DNA from: Geosiphon pyriformis uo1 | Taxonomy: Eukaryota; Fungi; Glomeromycota | Direction: 5' to 3' | Assembly: GCA_016748015.1 (NCBI GenBank) | Contig: JAAOMT010000586.1 | Span: 186,001-250,000 of the forward strand | DNA: 64,000 bases | Part shown: positions 26,798-41,383 of the stretch, in pieces | How the letters are laid out: the number at the start of each line of letters is the position of its first letter | Position numbering within the stretch: the first letter of the stretch is position 1 | Translations under genes and position numbers: made by a program | The notes under the pieces: model-generated | The model's database searches: none | What the model saw: the letters and a program-made list of their open reading frames with translations, nothing else | Told to the model about the DNA's origin: nothing

Positions 26798-26938
26798 TTT
26801 TCGCAAAATTGGATCTAACGGGTTTATCCCTATTATGTAACCGATAACGAAATTGATGATCTGTGAGATTGTACTCATCACTGAAAATTTACTAAGAGAA
26901 AGTGATCTCTGAGGAAAACTTCACTTTCTAGCAGCATA
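26798..26938. promoter_or_regulatory. Putative bidirectional promoter between YME2 and DBP4
   Basis: Head-to-head start codons 141 bp apart. Confidence 0.6.
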
Positions 26939-29900
26939 ATGAAAACTCAAAAACGCACAAATCGAAAACCGTTGTCCCGCAAAGAAAAGCGTGAACGGGA
27001 GTTAAAGGAATTGGAAGAACTGGAACTTAAATGTGCTGAGCTGGTAAGCTTTTTTAAATTATTTTACAATGTTTTTGGCTCCATTTCAAAGATCACCAAA
27101 AAATTTCCACAACCAAGATGCTCAACTACGCAAATCAAGATCCGACTACTTTTGCTGAGTTGCCCTTGTCTTCCAATACTCTTAAAGGACTTACCAACAG
27201 CAATTACATTGAAATGACTGAAATACAGTGCAAAGCTCTTCCCTTAGCGTTAGCTGGTAGCGATATTTTGGGTGCTGCCAAAACCGGCAGTGGAAAAACA
27301 CTCGCGTTTTTGATCCCGGTAGGCCTATTTTTAGATGCGGCGTTTTGAATGATTAGTTTTCTGGTATCACTTATGGATCCTTTATATTAGCTGGTTGAAC
27401 TATTGTATAGAAAAAAGTGGACCCAATTTGATGGAGTGGGTGCTCTTGTTATTGCTCCCACCCGTGAACTGGTTAGTATATAAGCTGAAAGGAGTAACAA
27501 TTTTTATCCTAGTCCTTACAACTTCCGAGTACTGTTAATCATTTAATCATTTTGATTTTTGGATAATGAAGGCAGTACAAATTTTTGAAGTCCTTCGAAA
27601 CGTTGGAAAATGGCATACATTATCCGCGGGGCTCATCATTGGTGGGAAGAATTTAAAAATAGAACAAGAACGAATTAATCGAATGAACATTCTCATATCC
27701 ACACCTGGGCGATTACTCCAACATATGGACCAAACTGTGGGTTTTGATTGTAGCAACTTACAAATTTTAGGTGTGTGCACGAATATTGCGTTTGGCTGAT
27801 AATGATTTTTACATTTTTTATTTCTCCTACCAAAACTTATCAAATTTTCTGAAAGTGTTGGATGAGGCAGATCGCATTCTCGATTTGGGTTTTGAAAAGA
27901 CAGTTAATGCCATAATAGAGAATCTGCCAAGACAACGACAAACCTTGCTATTTTCGGCAACACAAACTAAATCTGTGAGAGACCTTGCGAGGCTTAGTCT
28001 TAAGGTATTTCTAAAACTTCATCTGGGTATCAGATTTATACCAATAATCTCAATAATTGATTTTAGGATCCAGAGTACATCGCTGTTCACGAAAAATCCG
28101 AACACAGTACTCCTATACGGTTATCTCAGCATTATGTAGTTTGCCAACTCCCACATAAGCTTGATTATTTATTCTCTTTCATCAAATCTCACTTAAAATG
28201 CAAAGCTCTGGTTTTTTTGTCGAGTTGCAAGCAGGTAAATTCTATTACCAACTTTTTCAGACATCTATCTAATTCCCTTATGTTTATCAATTTTCAAAAC
28301 CAGGTTCGCTTCGTTTTTGAAACATTTTGCAAAATGCATCCTGGTGTTCCGCTGCTTCATCTTCATGGAAAGCAAAAGCAGATGAAAAGGGTTGAGATTT
28401 TCAATAAATTTTCTACTATGACGTCTGCTTACTTATTCGCCACCGATATAGCAGCTAGAGGTTTAGATTTTCCTGCGATCGATTGGGTTATACAAGTGGA
28501 TGCGCCAGAAGATGCAGATACTTATATACATCGAGTAGGGCGTACAGCAAGATACGAATCATCAGGGCAAGCTCTGCTCATCTTAGTGCCATCTGAAGAG
28601 GAAGGAATGATTGAAGCCTTAACTAAAAAGAAAGTTCCTATAGAAGAAATCAAAGTAAAACCTACTAAAATTGTTAGTATCCGAAACCAACTCCAGTCCT
28701 TTTGTTTTCAAGACCCAGAAATCAAATATCTCGGACAAAAAGTAAGCTAGGGAAATTATTATTTATGCTTGAAAATTCCATAATTACATAAATGGATAAG
28801 ATTTTGTTTTTAATAAACAGGCCTTCAAATCATATATGCGATCGATTTATTTTCAAAAAGACAAGTCTATCTTTAATGTCGCAGATTTGCCTATCGAAGA
28901 ATATGCTGCTTCTATTGGTCTTCCTGGAACCCCCAAAATTAAATTTATTCAGGTTTTAATGTTTCTAAAGTTTTCAATTTATGCTATCCATACTAATGTA
29001 AACTATATTCTAAAAAAATAGAAATCTCAAACAAAAAATGCAACACGACTAAAACCAAAGGGAATCACGGACTCCGAGATGTCCGAAGAGGAAGAAATTG
29101 GTGACAACCAAGTTCCCAGTGCAGAACTTTTAATAAACTCGGATGAAAGTTTAGAAATATCTGGTTCTACAACAAAAAGAATTGCACCAAATAAACCAAG
29201 GACAAAAATAGAAAAATTGTTTAGTCGAAGGAATAGATCTGTTTTGTCAGAACATTACCAAAAGCTTGTAGATCACGAGAGTGAACAAATTGCGAGTAAA
29301 AACAGTGATTTTGATGAACTCATGACTATAAAACGTATAGATCATGAATTGCCAATCGAGTTGAGCCATAAGGTGACCATTTAGTATTGAAATGTTCTGT
29401 GATATCACTTAAATTAATATGAACCAATCAAAATCCTTCTAATAGGATTCGGCCCCATTGTCTAAACGTAAACTTTTGAAAGCCACTTCTAAAAAGTTAC
29501 TGTCCAAGGATTTACCCAAAGGAGAAAAGCTTATATTTGATGATGAGGGCAAGGTAATAAACTAGTTTTATTGAACCTTTCCCATTTTATCTTATTTTAC
29601 TATTGGCATTAATATGATCAATGATAATCCAGCCTCATCCAGTCTACGAGCTTCAAGATGAGCGAGACTTCCTTTCAAAAGGTCCTCCAATAATCCAAAA
29701 GCATGTATACTTGGAAAAGGAATCGAGCCTAATGAAAAATCAGGACCTTCTTGACAAGATTACCGCAAAAGAGAAACGCAGGGAAAAGAGATTAAAATAC
29801 AAGGCGAAGCTAAAAGCTGCCTTGGAAGAACCGGAAATGGGCCCAAAGATGACATTAGCAGATAACGACGACATTTATTCCGAAGATGAAAGCGATGAAG

Positions 29901-30109
29901 AATATGATCTCCATGCTATTAGTAAACATAATGGAAACAAGCGAAAAAAGGATGATTTGCCATCAAGAGATGAGTATAAAGTAATTCCAAAAGGAGGCTT
30001 TCAGCAAAAGCTATCCACAAATAAAAAACAGAAAGTATTAGAGGTGGAAGAGCCCAAGACTTTGGAAGATCAAGAAGATTTGGCGTTGAAGCTTTTGACA
30101 GGAATCTAA
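26939..30109 (+). CDS. DBP4: DEAD-box RNA helicase Dbp4/DDX10 (18S rRNA biogenesis), multi-exon
   Basis: Q motif, [104 protein letters not shown], and the C-terminal [13 protein letters not shown]. Confidence 0.95.
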
Positions 30110-30476
30110 AAAACGACTCTCTAATTTAATTCAAATCCAATATTCGATTTGGATTGGATCAAATTTTTTTTCAATGGAAAAATCTAGTCGGTTTGTGGTG
30201 TTACAGCCATAGGATTCCCAAATAGTTTTATTATTACTAGCCCAAACATGATAAACACAAAGAATAAAAAAGAGAAATATATAAAGTAATTACTAATGCA
30301 AAAATGAGATATGAGATCGGATCACCCTAATACGAGTATTCCCGACCACAAATCATAATTATCTATGAATATTATTTGGCTAAGGTTTTTTTTGAACTTT
30401 GTTTACCCCCTTGGGAAGGGATTAAACTCTTTTTATTCTGCTCCCGATCGCGGTTCTGTACATAAACTGTAGGTTT

Positions 30477-31212
<736 letters not shown>

Positions 31213-31683
31213 TATAATTTGTGTTGGTTGAGTAAAGGTTCGTTTACAAGTTATTCGGAAGAGAGTCGATGTGAAAAGGGAGGCGCGGGAGATTGCGGCT
31301 AGTTGGTCTTATCTATCAAAAATTCGAGGATCTAATTATCACTAGAAACGAAACACAAAGATACTAATAGTAGGCACTACATGGATTATGCCACAGCCTA
31401 AACCTGAATCACAGTAGAGAATCAACCGGCAAATGGGTATAAGGCTAGAATTGATTGGTAGAAACTTGTATCTCATCTCACTGAAATGAAGGTTGTAAAA
31501 ACGTGTCTTCTTTTAATTAATGGTGTTACATGGAAAATAAATTAGCATAGAATTCAATATTAAAACGCCCAATTTTTTAATTAAATATTGTTTCGCAAAT
31601 GGGAGCTCAAAAAGCGCTGATTGGCGTTTTGGCTTTGATCAAGGGGCTCAAACTAATCGTCAGTTGTCATTCGTGCGGCGTTC

Positions 31684-31725
31684 CATTCATTCATTCATTC
31701 ATTCATTCAATCAATCATTCAATCA
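31684..31725. repeat. (CATT)n/(CAAT)n microsatellite upstream of calmodulin
   Basis: CATTCATTCATTCATTCATTCATTCAATCAATCATTCAATCA. Confidence 0.85.
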
Positions 31726-33332
31726 CTGGTAATGAGGTAATAATGAAGTAAGCCGTTGATTAATATTAATATTAGTGTTGTGCCCAAATCACAAATTGGC
31801 TAGAATTAGGCTTGGATTTAGGATAAATGCTGGGAGAATGATTGATATTTTAATTTGGGGTACGAAACTACATCTACATATCCCAATTGTCAATCGGGGC
31901 AAATTTGTAATTCAGGGCACAACATGAGTATCAATCCCGATGTATTATCAATCAAAATCGTATTTTGTGTGGATTAGTGACTGCCATTTTTGAAGTTCTG
32001 ATATTTTAAATTCTAAATTAAATTAATTTTTACATTTTTAATAATTGATTATTAAATCTTTAAACATTTAAATTTAATTATACACAATCTAACCACTTTT
32101 AAAAAATTATATAAATAATTTAAAAAAATAGCAAGACCATAATTTTTTTGTTAAAAAACATATAAACTATAAAATATTTAAAACTGTATTCAACACTTTA
32201 AAACTATGTATAAATTGTTTTATTTTTTATATTATTATAAAAATAAATATTAATTTTACAATACTTTTTATTTCTGTTTAAATTTTTGTATTTGTTTTTT
32301 TAAAAACATTGTTTATTTATTTATTTTTATATAATTGAATTGTAAAATTTTTAATTTTATAAAAGTTTTTTCTTATTAAAAAATTTTGTTTGTTTTTAGT
32401 TTCGCGAATTTTTATTTGTATAATAAATCTTATATAATTTTTAATTTTTAATTTATAAATTTTAAATTAAATAATAATAATAATATGTTTTTTTATTTAA
32501 TATTTGTTATAATAGTTTAAAATATTTAACAACAATTCTAATTAATAAATATTTAAAACAACTTGGTTATTTAAAAACAGTTTAATATTATTATTAATAA
32601 AAATAATATTTAAAACTAAAATAATTGCTTAAAACTTTTTTATATAAAAAATAATAAACTAGTAATTTTAATATTTAAACCAAAATTTAAATCAAAAAAA
32701 TAAGTTGTAATATTATTTATAATTTTAAAAATATTAATACTTTTTAAAAACTTATTAATATAAACAGAAATATATAATAAATTAATATTAAACAAACTTT
32801 TTTTAATTTTTATATAATTTAAAGAATTTAAAATATTATTATTACAAAAAATTACTGCCAAAAAACCAAATATTTTCAATATTATGTTTTAAAAATTCAA
32901 TTATTTTATTAAATTAAACAAATATTAATTTATATAGATCAGATTTTTTCTAATAATTAAATGTTTTTTAATTAAAAATTAAATTTTTTTTGTTTATAAA
33001 TTAATTAATAAATATTATATCAAAGTATTTTAAAGATTCTATAATTAAAAAATACTTAGTTTTTTTAAAGTTTTAAACAAAAAAATATTTTTGTAATTAA
33101 CAAAAGCATTTATAATAATACTGTTTAATAATAAATAATATTTTATAAAGATTTTAAAAATTTAATTAAAAAATATTTTAAAAAGTTAATTCTTAATCTA
33201 AATATTTTATTTTAAGATTTATAGATTCAAAAGTTTATATTTAAAAAAATTTTTCAATATTCAAAAAATTTACAATAAAAACAATTTTATTTTTATTTAA
33301 AATTTTAAATTTAACTAATAAAAAATAATATC

Positions 33333-36240
33333 AAAAAACTTTTTTCTTTTTTTTGTTTTAAATTCTCTAAAAAAAAGTTGAATTTTTAAAAGAAGTTTTT
33401 TTGTTATTATATATCTTATTATTTCTTAAGAAACAAACTTTTTTGTTATTAAATTAGCTGCTACTATAAGTGATTTTGTGCTTAAAAAAAATTGACAAAA
33501 ATCTTGGCATTGTTATAGATAATTATTTGGGATATAGAAACAATAACAAACTCATAATTTAGTGCTTAATAGCTGAGTAGTGTTGATAATATCTAAAGAT
33601 TTTGATTAAAGTTCTTTGTATAATAGACAGAGATTTAATAATTGTTTCAATAGTCTCTTAGAATAATTATTTCATTAAATTTTTTCTTCAATATGATGAC
33701 CAGTTTATTCTGACAATCATGCCCTTCTGGTAAGCTATTCTTAAATTTCTAAACTCTATACTCTTATTTTTAAGTCTTTTATTAAACTATTCTTAATATT
33801 AATTATTCAATACTTAATTTTTTTAATTAGTTAGTAAATTAATAAACAACAAAAAATAAAAAAAAATAAAAAATTAATATCATGTCAATAGTCATAATTA
33901 AGAGCTATTATTTTCATATAATTAAGTATTAGATATTATTAATATGAAGTGTTGATAACAGATAAGTAATAGAGATTTTTAATTAAATAATAATAACATA
34001 AATTAGATGATAATAAGTATGTTTTTATTGAATATTTTTATGAATTCACTTCAGTTAATAGTAACTATCTATAAAGTAAAAATTATTTAATAGATAAAAA
34101 AAAATGTTAAACTGGAACTGAACTAAATACTTTTCTTACTTCTACTATTACTGCTATATATACATAGTTATTATTATACAAGATTTTTAAAATTCTGTAA
34201 TTTTTTTAGAGAAATTCTTAATAAAAAATCCTGAAATTCTGGAATTCTGAAATCCTACAATTTCTTTAAAAAAATCTTGAAATTTTTCTGTTACTATATT
34301 TATTTCTAATTGGCTATTTCTCTAATTATAATACTCTTAATTTTTATGAATAACAGCATCAAGTTCAATTAGTAAAAGTCTGGTTTAATAACAGAAAATA
34401 TCTTTGAATAATATTAAATATTTAGAAAATAAAACATATAAAATTTGAAAAAGTTAGATAAGTTGTTAAGCAGTTTAATAAAATAGATATTAATAAGATT
34501 TTAATGGTGTTTTTTATTAATAATAAAGCTAGTTATAAAACTGGCAGTAAAAGTAAGAATTATTTTAACTTAAGTATAAATATCTTAAAAGCCAAAAAAA
34601 TCAATATTGGTAAAATAATTGGCTTTTTTATTAGAACATTAAAATACAATTCAAATAATAATAAAGTTATGCTTTTCTTTTACTTTTTAGTGCTTTTGAA
34701 AAAGAAATAAATTGATCCAAAAATTATTAAAATTCAAATAAAAGTATTTTATTAAAAAAATTTTTGTATTAAATATTAATTTTTTAGCTGTAAAAAAGAA
34801 ATTAACAATAACAAAAACCCAGACAATCAGAAAAAGTTTTTTATTTATCAATGAGTTTGGAAAAACTACTATTTTTTTAAAATTTGAAAAAATCATCAAA
34901 TCTATATTTATATTAGAAAAAAATATAAATAAAACTATATTATTGGTAAAAAAAAAGCATAAAAGTAAACAACAATGTCAAAAAACAAAATTTCTGTTTA
35001 GATTAGACTGTAATAATTAAAAAAATTCTTATAAATATGTCTAAAAAAATAATTATTGCTGTAAAAGTTAAGTATAGTTAAATAATATTAATTTAATTGT
35101 AATTAATTGGGCTGTGGCAAAAAACTGTAATAAAATTTGCTAAATTAGATTAAAAAAATTAGTTAGCATTTAAGTAATTATTTTTAATCAAAAAAAATTT
35201 AGTGCATATAATCAAGACTATAAAAGATTAAAATATTTAAATATTAAAAAATTAGTTCAAAGTGTTTTTATATACTTTGCTTATGAAAGCAACTGTTTAT
35301 AATCTTGGTGTTTTATCAAAAAAAGCTGATAAAAAAACTTGTATTATTAATTAATTATTTGAAACAAATAATAAGGTTTGCTATACTGTGGTTAATTTTA
35401 AATTAGAAAAAAAATTGAAATTAGCTTTTTGTATAAAGTCAATTTTGCATGACATTAAATTTTTATGAACTAAGTTAAATTTGGTTTGGTGTAAGAAATA
35501 TAAACATTTTAAACATTTTGCTTTGAAATACAATGTCTTAAATATATTAGTCTCTTTTTTTTTAGAAAATATTTATATAATTACAGTTATTTAAATATAT
35601 TGTATATATATTGTAATAAAATAGAATTTTCAAATTATAGTTTTGTTTACAGCTCAGATTTTTCTGTTTGGTAAAATTTGTTAAATAAACATTTTATTAT
35701 TTAAAAGTTTTTAGTTAATACAAGTTTGGCTTTATCTATAGTTTTTTAGCTATTAGCTATATGTGTTTTTAATATTAGTTTATATATAGTTTTGTGTAAA
35801 GAGTTTGTGTTTAAGAGTTGGTTGATAAAAACTAAGGCTTTTTTTAGAAATATTAAGCTTATTGTATCTAGAATAGTTAAGTTTGTTTGAAATTTGGTTA
35901 TTGGTTATAGAAAATAGATATAAGTACTTAATTTAAAGCTTCAAGCTAAAATAAATTATAAAAGTTTGTTAAATAAAAATGGTTTTATGTTTAATATTAT
36001 TTGTAGTCTTTTTGTTAAGATTTTAAGTGGAGTTGCTTATTTGTTAAAAAATGAAAAAAATTATGCTGTTAATTTTAAATTAAAAATTAGCTGTTTGTTT
36101 TTTGCAAATATAATTAAAAAAGTTTTAATTAATATAGTTATGTAATATTGTCTTGATTAGCCAAGTAACTAGTTATATATAACAAGTATATAAATTATAT
36201 TTAATTTAAAACTTTAAATAGTTGTATTGTATTAAATAAT
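33333..36240 (+). mobile_element. Eroded, internally deleted LINE (5' end, part of ORF1, then the 3' end), interrupted by a solo LTR
   Basis: The 5' end matches 43873+. ORF1 remnants at 34360-35545. The sequence then jumps to the zinc-finger/C-terminal region and the 3'-UTR motif near 36165-36205. Confidence 0.7.
33511..34355 (-). mobile_element. Solo LTR type A; TSD GCAT
   Basis: TGTTA...TAACA termini. GCAT at 33507-33510 and 34356-34359. Confidence 0.9.
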
Positions 36241-37840
36241 AATTAAATATTATTTATAAAAAATTATTTTATCAAATATTAAGATAATATAATAAGTTTG
36301 TTTAAATTTTTTTAATATTAAAACAAATAATATTTTATTTTATTATAGTAAAAATATAATTAATACTACAAGTTTTTTTATTAAAATTATAAATAGTTAT
36401 ATTTATTAATAAAATAAACAATATTGTTTTAAATTTATTTTGTTGTTTTTAGATTTTATAATTTTTAACTGATTTAATTATATGAATAAAGTTTTTAATT
36501 AATATTAATCAGTTAAAAACCAAAAAATTAATATATTTTAATTTAAAAAAATTTATTAGTTTTTTTTATAATTTAATTAATTATTATTAAATTAACATTT
36601 AAATAAAGCTAAAAACAGTTTTTATAAAAACATTATAAACTTTTTTTATAATTACAATTTAATTTAATAATATATTTAATTTTTTAAGATTATTGTTTAT
36701 AGTTATATTTTTATTTTTAATTAATATTATAATAAATATTAATTTAATAATTTTTTAAAATCTTGAAAAAATAAAAATTATTTATTAATAAAAATATTTT
36801 TTTAATTATTTATACTTTTTTATTAAATTTTTTTTTTAATAATTAATAAATTAATAAAATTTTTTAATAGTAAATTTCAATTTTTTTTAATAATTTTTAA
36901 AATAAACTAATTAAAATATAAAATAAAATAAAAAAACACTTTTTTATTTTTAATATTTGTTTTAAAGATAATTTTTATATTATTAAATATATTAAAACCA
37001 TTTATTTTGCTAATTAAAAATGAAACTTAATCAAATAAAAATTATTTTATTTTTAAAGTTCTTAATATTACTATTTATCTTTTCAAATTTTTAAATAAAA
37101 CTACTATTAATAAGATTATATATAATATTTTTTGGAAATTTTTCTTGTTTTTATTATTATTATTATTATTATTATTAATTACTAGTTTTTATACAAAAAA
37201 GCTACTTTGTAAAATATTGTAAATTTATAAAACAACAAGAAAAAAAAACTTTTTTCAAATTTTTTTTTTATTTTTAAAGAATTTAAAAGTTAATTATTTA
37301 ATTATTAAAAAGATTTATGTATTAATTATATATTATTGTTAATAACTAAAAAAATAATTTTTTTTTCCAATTTTAATATTGTCAATAAAAACAAAAATCT
37401 ATTATTATGTATTAATAAATTTATTTGATTTTTTGAAACTATAAACTATTTAAATTTTTAATTTAAAAGTGAAATTCTTGCAAAATTACAATTAAATCAA
37501 AATTTTTATTTTTAATGTAAACACAATTTATGTATTTTTTATTTTTTACTTTTATTTTTATTTAAAATTAAATTTTACAAAATTTAAAATAATTGTTAAC
37601 ATTAACAATTTTTGAATTTTTAATTATAAAAATATAACAACAAAAACATATTTAATTTTAATATAAATTATAATTAAATAAAAAATATGTATAATTAATA
37701 ATAATAATAATAATTTACTTAATCAAATATTTTTTAAACAATTAAAACAATTATAATAATTTAATATTTGTAAAAAAAATTCTAATTAATTGTAATAATA
37801 TTTTTAAAAATAAATAATAAATAATTTGAAATTAAATAAT

Positions 37841-38340
37841 CTATGTTCGACGTGGCGAACGACATATGGGACTTGTGGAGACCGATAACGGAGGCCTACT
37901 GTAATGAATTGATAGTGATAAAACAGCTAAGAAACATGGTATCCCGATACAGGATGAAGATGCAGTTTTAGACAACGACTTGTACATGACGCTGGCAAAG
38001 GATTTAGTGCCAATGAGCTGGTATGATGAGTCGCTAAAGCTTTTCAAAAATAGTAAGATTGCGAGGTTAAAAACAGCAGATCTGGTTAGGGAATTGGTAG
38101 GGATAAAATTTGGATACCACGTTTTAAACATAGATTGAATTAGATAGGGACAACGCGATCGCGAACGATGGAGTCGCGTTGCCGAGAAATGTTCTACAAA
38201 TTAATAGACGGGCGGTCAGGACTTGTGGGATCATTCTGGGTCACATGGACTGGGATGGTTTGAGGAAGGATTTCTGATATTTCATGTTCTTTACCGCGAA
38301 CGCTTTGAAGGTTTGCCTATGATAAGATCTATGGTTTGAC
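37841..38340 (+). pseudogene. CpG-rich coding-like fragment of unknown origin
   Basis: Abrupt switch from near-pure AT to balanced composition. One + frame reads YVRRGERHMGLVETDNGGLL**IDSDKTAKKHGIPIQDEDAVLDNDLYMTLAKDLVPMSWYDESLKLF.. with a few stops. Confidence 0.4.
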
Positions 38341-39019
38341 TGGTTAATGTAAATAATAATTGTAAATCAAGATTAAATTAGGAATTAAATAATTTTTATA
38401 TGTATGACAACTTTTAATTTCTAACAAATAGAAAGATCGAACCTCTAATCGATATTTTATTCATTTTTGGGTGAGTGGGAATGTAAATTAATTTCTAATT
38501 ATTTTGACACAAAATTACTATTCGAACCTGATGTAATGTTTACAATGGCATAGAATGCTAAGCTAAAATGTCAGTCAAATATGTTTAACCTTATTGCATT
38601 TTAAACATATCCATTTATAAAAAAAATAATTACTCAAACTTTTTTTGCTTCCATTTTCGTATACATTAGTGGATTATTTTACTGTATGCTAAAACGCCCC
38701 AGAGGGACAGAAACGTAAATAGAGTCAGAACTATAGTGAAACATGAAGTAGCAAAACTTGTTTACGTTACAAAATATAATGTCACATGTTCACTTTATCT
38801 GGTTGAAATAATAATTTAGGCTTCAGATTGTGTTTACACATTTTGAACATTGATAAGGAAACGCTTTACAGTCAATAAATTTCATACTCAAAAATAGAGG
38901 TTAACTTCTATTAAAGATAAAATTGGATATATGATAATCTAAACATTGCTGAATTAACCAAACGCCAAATCCCAACTCTGAAAAAAAACCTTCATTTTAA
39001 AAATAGTCTCAAAACATTA

Positions 39020-39108
39020 AATAAAAATAAAAAAAATAAAAAAATAAAAAAATAAAAATAATAATAATAATAATAATAATAATAATTACTAATAATAATA
39101 ATAATAAA
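39020..39108. repeat. A-rich and (AAT)n simple repeat
   Basis: AAAAATAA units followed by an (AAT)n run. Confidence 0.8.
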
Positions 39109-40190
39109 TGAAAAGCTTACCATTCTGAGAAATTATAGGGCTTGCGATTTTTTGACTCTTTTCATGATTAGCAATCTTTTTGTAATCAAGTCTTTTTTCA
39201 CGAACAAATTCATTTAAGTTACAGTTGTCGTGAGCAGCAATAACTCTTTGGTGAAGTTCTTCTGCACTATCACGGCAATGCGGTTTATCATCCCAATTTT
39301 TTTCAATCATTTCCTTAATACATTGAGGTGTATATATTTAATTGACATGATTCCACGGTCTTTCTCCTGAAATAATTTCCTAGGAATGATGGCACAACTA
39401 TAAATATCGCTGCTTGGTATGAGGCGACAAGTTACAAATTTCAGTTGCTAGGTATCGAATAACACAAAAAATTTCCCCAGGCTGTGGAGAATAGGCAGAA
39501 CGACACAATCCTAGGTCATAAATGACAACTTTTAAGGGGTTTGTTTTCAAAGAAGGATATTTCCAGGATGTAAGTCCCCATATGCACCAGATTTGAATTA
39601 TGTATAAATCTTGGACCACCAGCGATTTGAAAAAGAATATCAAGAAACATGCCCCAAGTAAGAGTGGTTTCGTCCACCTTTATAATGGTAAAACTATAAC
39701 AAATTCATTAGTTGTAATGTCTTTTGTGATTCCATAACATTGAAGGATGTATTTGCAAGAGGTACAGTCAAGATGAGCAATAAATTATTTCAATGCGTTT
39801 TCTAGTGTTAGAAAAAGATAAAAATCAGAAAAACGCATTAAATGAAATTACCTCAATTAAATTGACATATTTTATGTTTTGGCTATTTTTAAGACATTTC
39901 AAAGCAACTCTCGTAACTCCACTTTTTTCATACTTTTGATTTTTCTTGTCCCAAAATAGAATTTTGCCTCTTTCCCATATACCTTCTTTAAAAACACCAA
40001 ATCCTCCTGTTCCCACCTTTTCTAAAAATTTGATCTCGTCAGGAGAAATCCATTCTAGACATTCCCTAGAGCTTTTAGAAATCTCCTGTGTATAGAATAT
40101 ATAATGATTATATTAATATTTCCGCTATTCCATGTTCCATAATCGTGATGATTCACAAGAATTACACCAAAGTGAATTGTTTTTGGTTTC
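39089..40190 (-). pseudogene. Protein kinase (tyrosine-kinase-like) pseudogene
   Basis: WCNSC..WNSGN N-terminus, LEWISPDEI, GTGGFG loop, VALKCLKNS, ILQCYGITKD, YDLGLC, RYLATE, PQCIKEMIEKNWDDKP. Has frameshifts and a destroyed HxDL catalytic loop. Confidence 0.8.
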
Positions 40191-40236
40191 TTTTTCTGTT
40201 TTTAATTCTGTTTTTGTTGCTATATTTTTTTTATAA

Positions 40237-40905
40237 TATTATAATTGAAACTTATAGTTTTTATTAATTATTACATGTATCAATCAAATAATTACCATTT
40301 TATTTTTAAATTATTAATTATTAATCTAATTAATAATTAATTTGGTCATTAATTTAGCTACTAATCTGGTTATTGAACTTTTTTAATATTCATATAAGTA
40401 ATATTTCTTTTCGTTAAAAAAAAGTATTAAGCAATTAAAATTTAATTTCTTATTTTTCTTTATTTTACTTGTTTTTTTCCAAGTTTTATTTTTAAATATC
40501 TTTTGAATTTTGAGATATAAATTATTTGTTGGCTTTAAATATCTTCATTTTTTTTAATTTGTATTATTAAAAATTATTTTAAAAAGCTATTTGCTTGTTT
40601 TGGTAATTTATTAACTAAAAACACAATTAAAAAGCACAACGATATTTTTTATTAATTTTAAAAATTGCCAAGTAAAACATAAAATAATAGCAATAGTATT
40701 ATCTTATTAACAATTACAAATTATTTTTTTATCTTTAAATTTTTTAGAAAAAAATAAACAACTATAATTTTAAGACTAATTATATGCATTAAATTTTTAT
40801 AAATCCAATTTGTTTTTTTGATTAAATTTCTTTTTTAATTGTTTTTTATTACCTTAATAATCACTTTATTTGTTATTTATTAACGTATTATTCAAATTTA
40901 TAATA
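40237..40905 (+). mobile_element. Eroded solo LTR type B
   Basis: TATTATAATTGAAACTTATAG.. and ..ATTATTCAAATTTATAATA match the reverse complement of the LTR B termini. Includes the 12-bp repeat block. Confidence 0.7.
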
Positions 40906-41383
40906 ATATTATTTCTTTAAAGTATTTAGTAAATAAAGTTAAAATTTGTTAATTTTCAATTTTTTAAGATTTCTAAAGCTGTTTTTGTTTCTTAATGAAT
41001 TTTAATGAAAAAAAAACAATGTTTAAAATTTATTTAAACAAAAAAAACAATTGTTTTTTATAATAAATTTAAACCCAAATTAGTTATTTTTTTTGATTAT
41101 ATTGTTTTTAAAATCAGTAATAAATATTGTTATTGTTATAATTAATATTTTAATATTATTATAAATGTTAAAATTTAAATTATTTGGCTTTTGACTATAA
41201 AATTATTATTTTTGGTTTATTAAAATTTTTATTAAAATTTTAATTAAATTTATAGTTTTTAATACTAGTTTTTTAACTTAATATTTTATATTAAACTGCT
41301 GTTTTTTGGGTTTTTTATTTTATACTATTTTTTGATATTATTATAAAATTAATTAAGTTTTATTGTTTAATTTATTAAGTTTT

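Noticed and set aside
32000-37840. Extreme AT DNA as mitochondrial insert, centromere or protein-coding ORFs (e.g. 32640-32879, 34504-34899)
   Set aside because: Part is recognisable eroded LINE/LTR sequence. The ORFs are F/I/K/N-rich composition artefacts. No organellar gene motifs are present, and centromere status cannot be judged from sequence.
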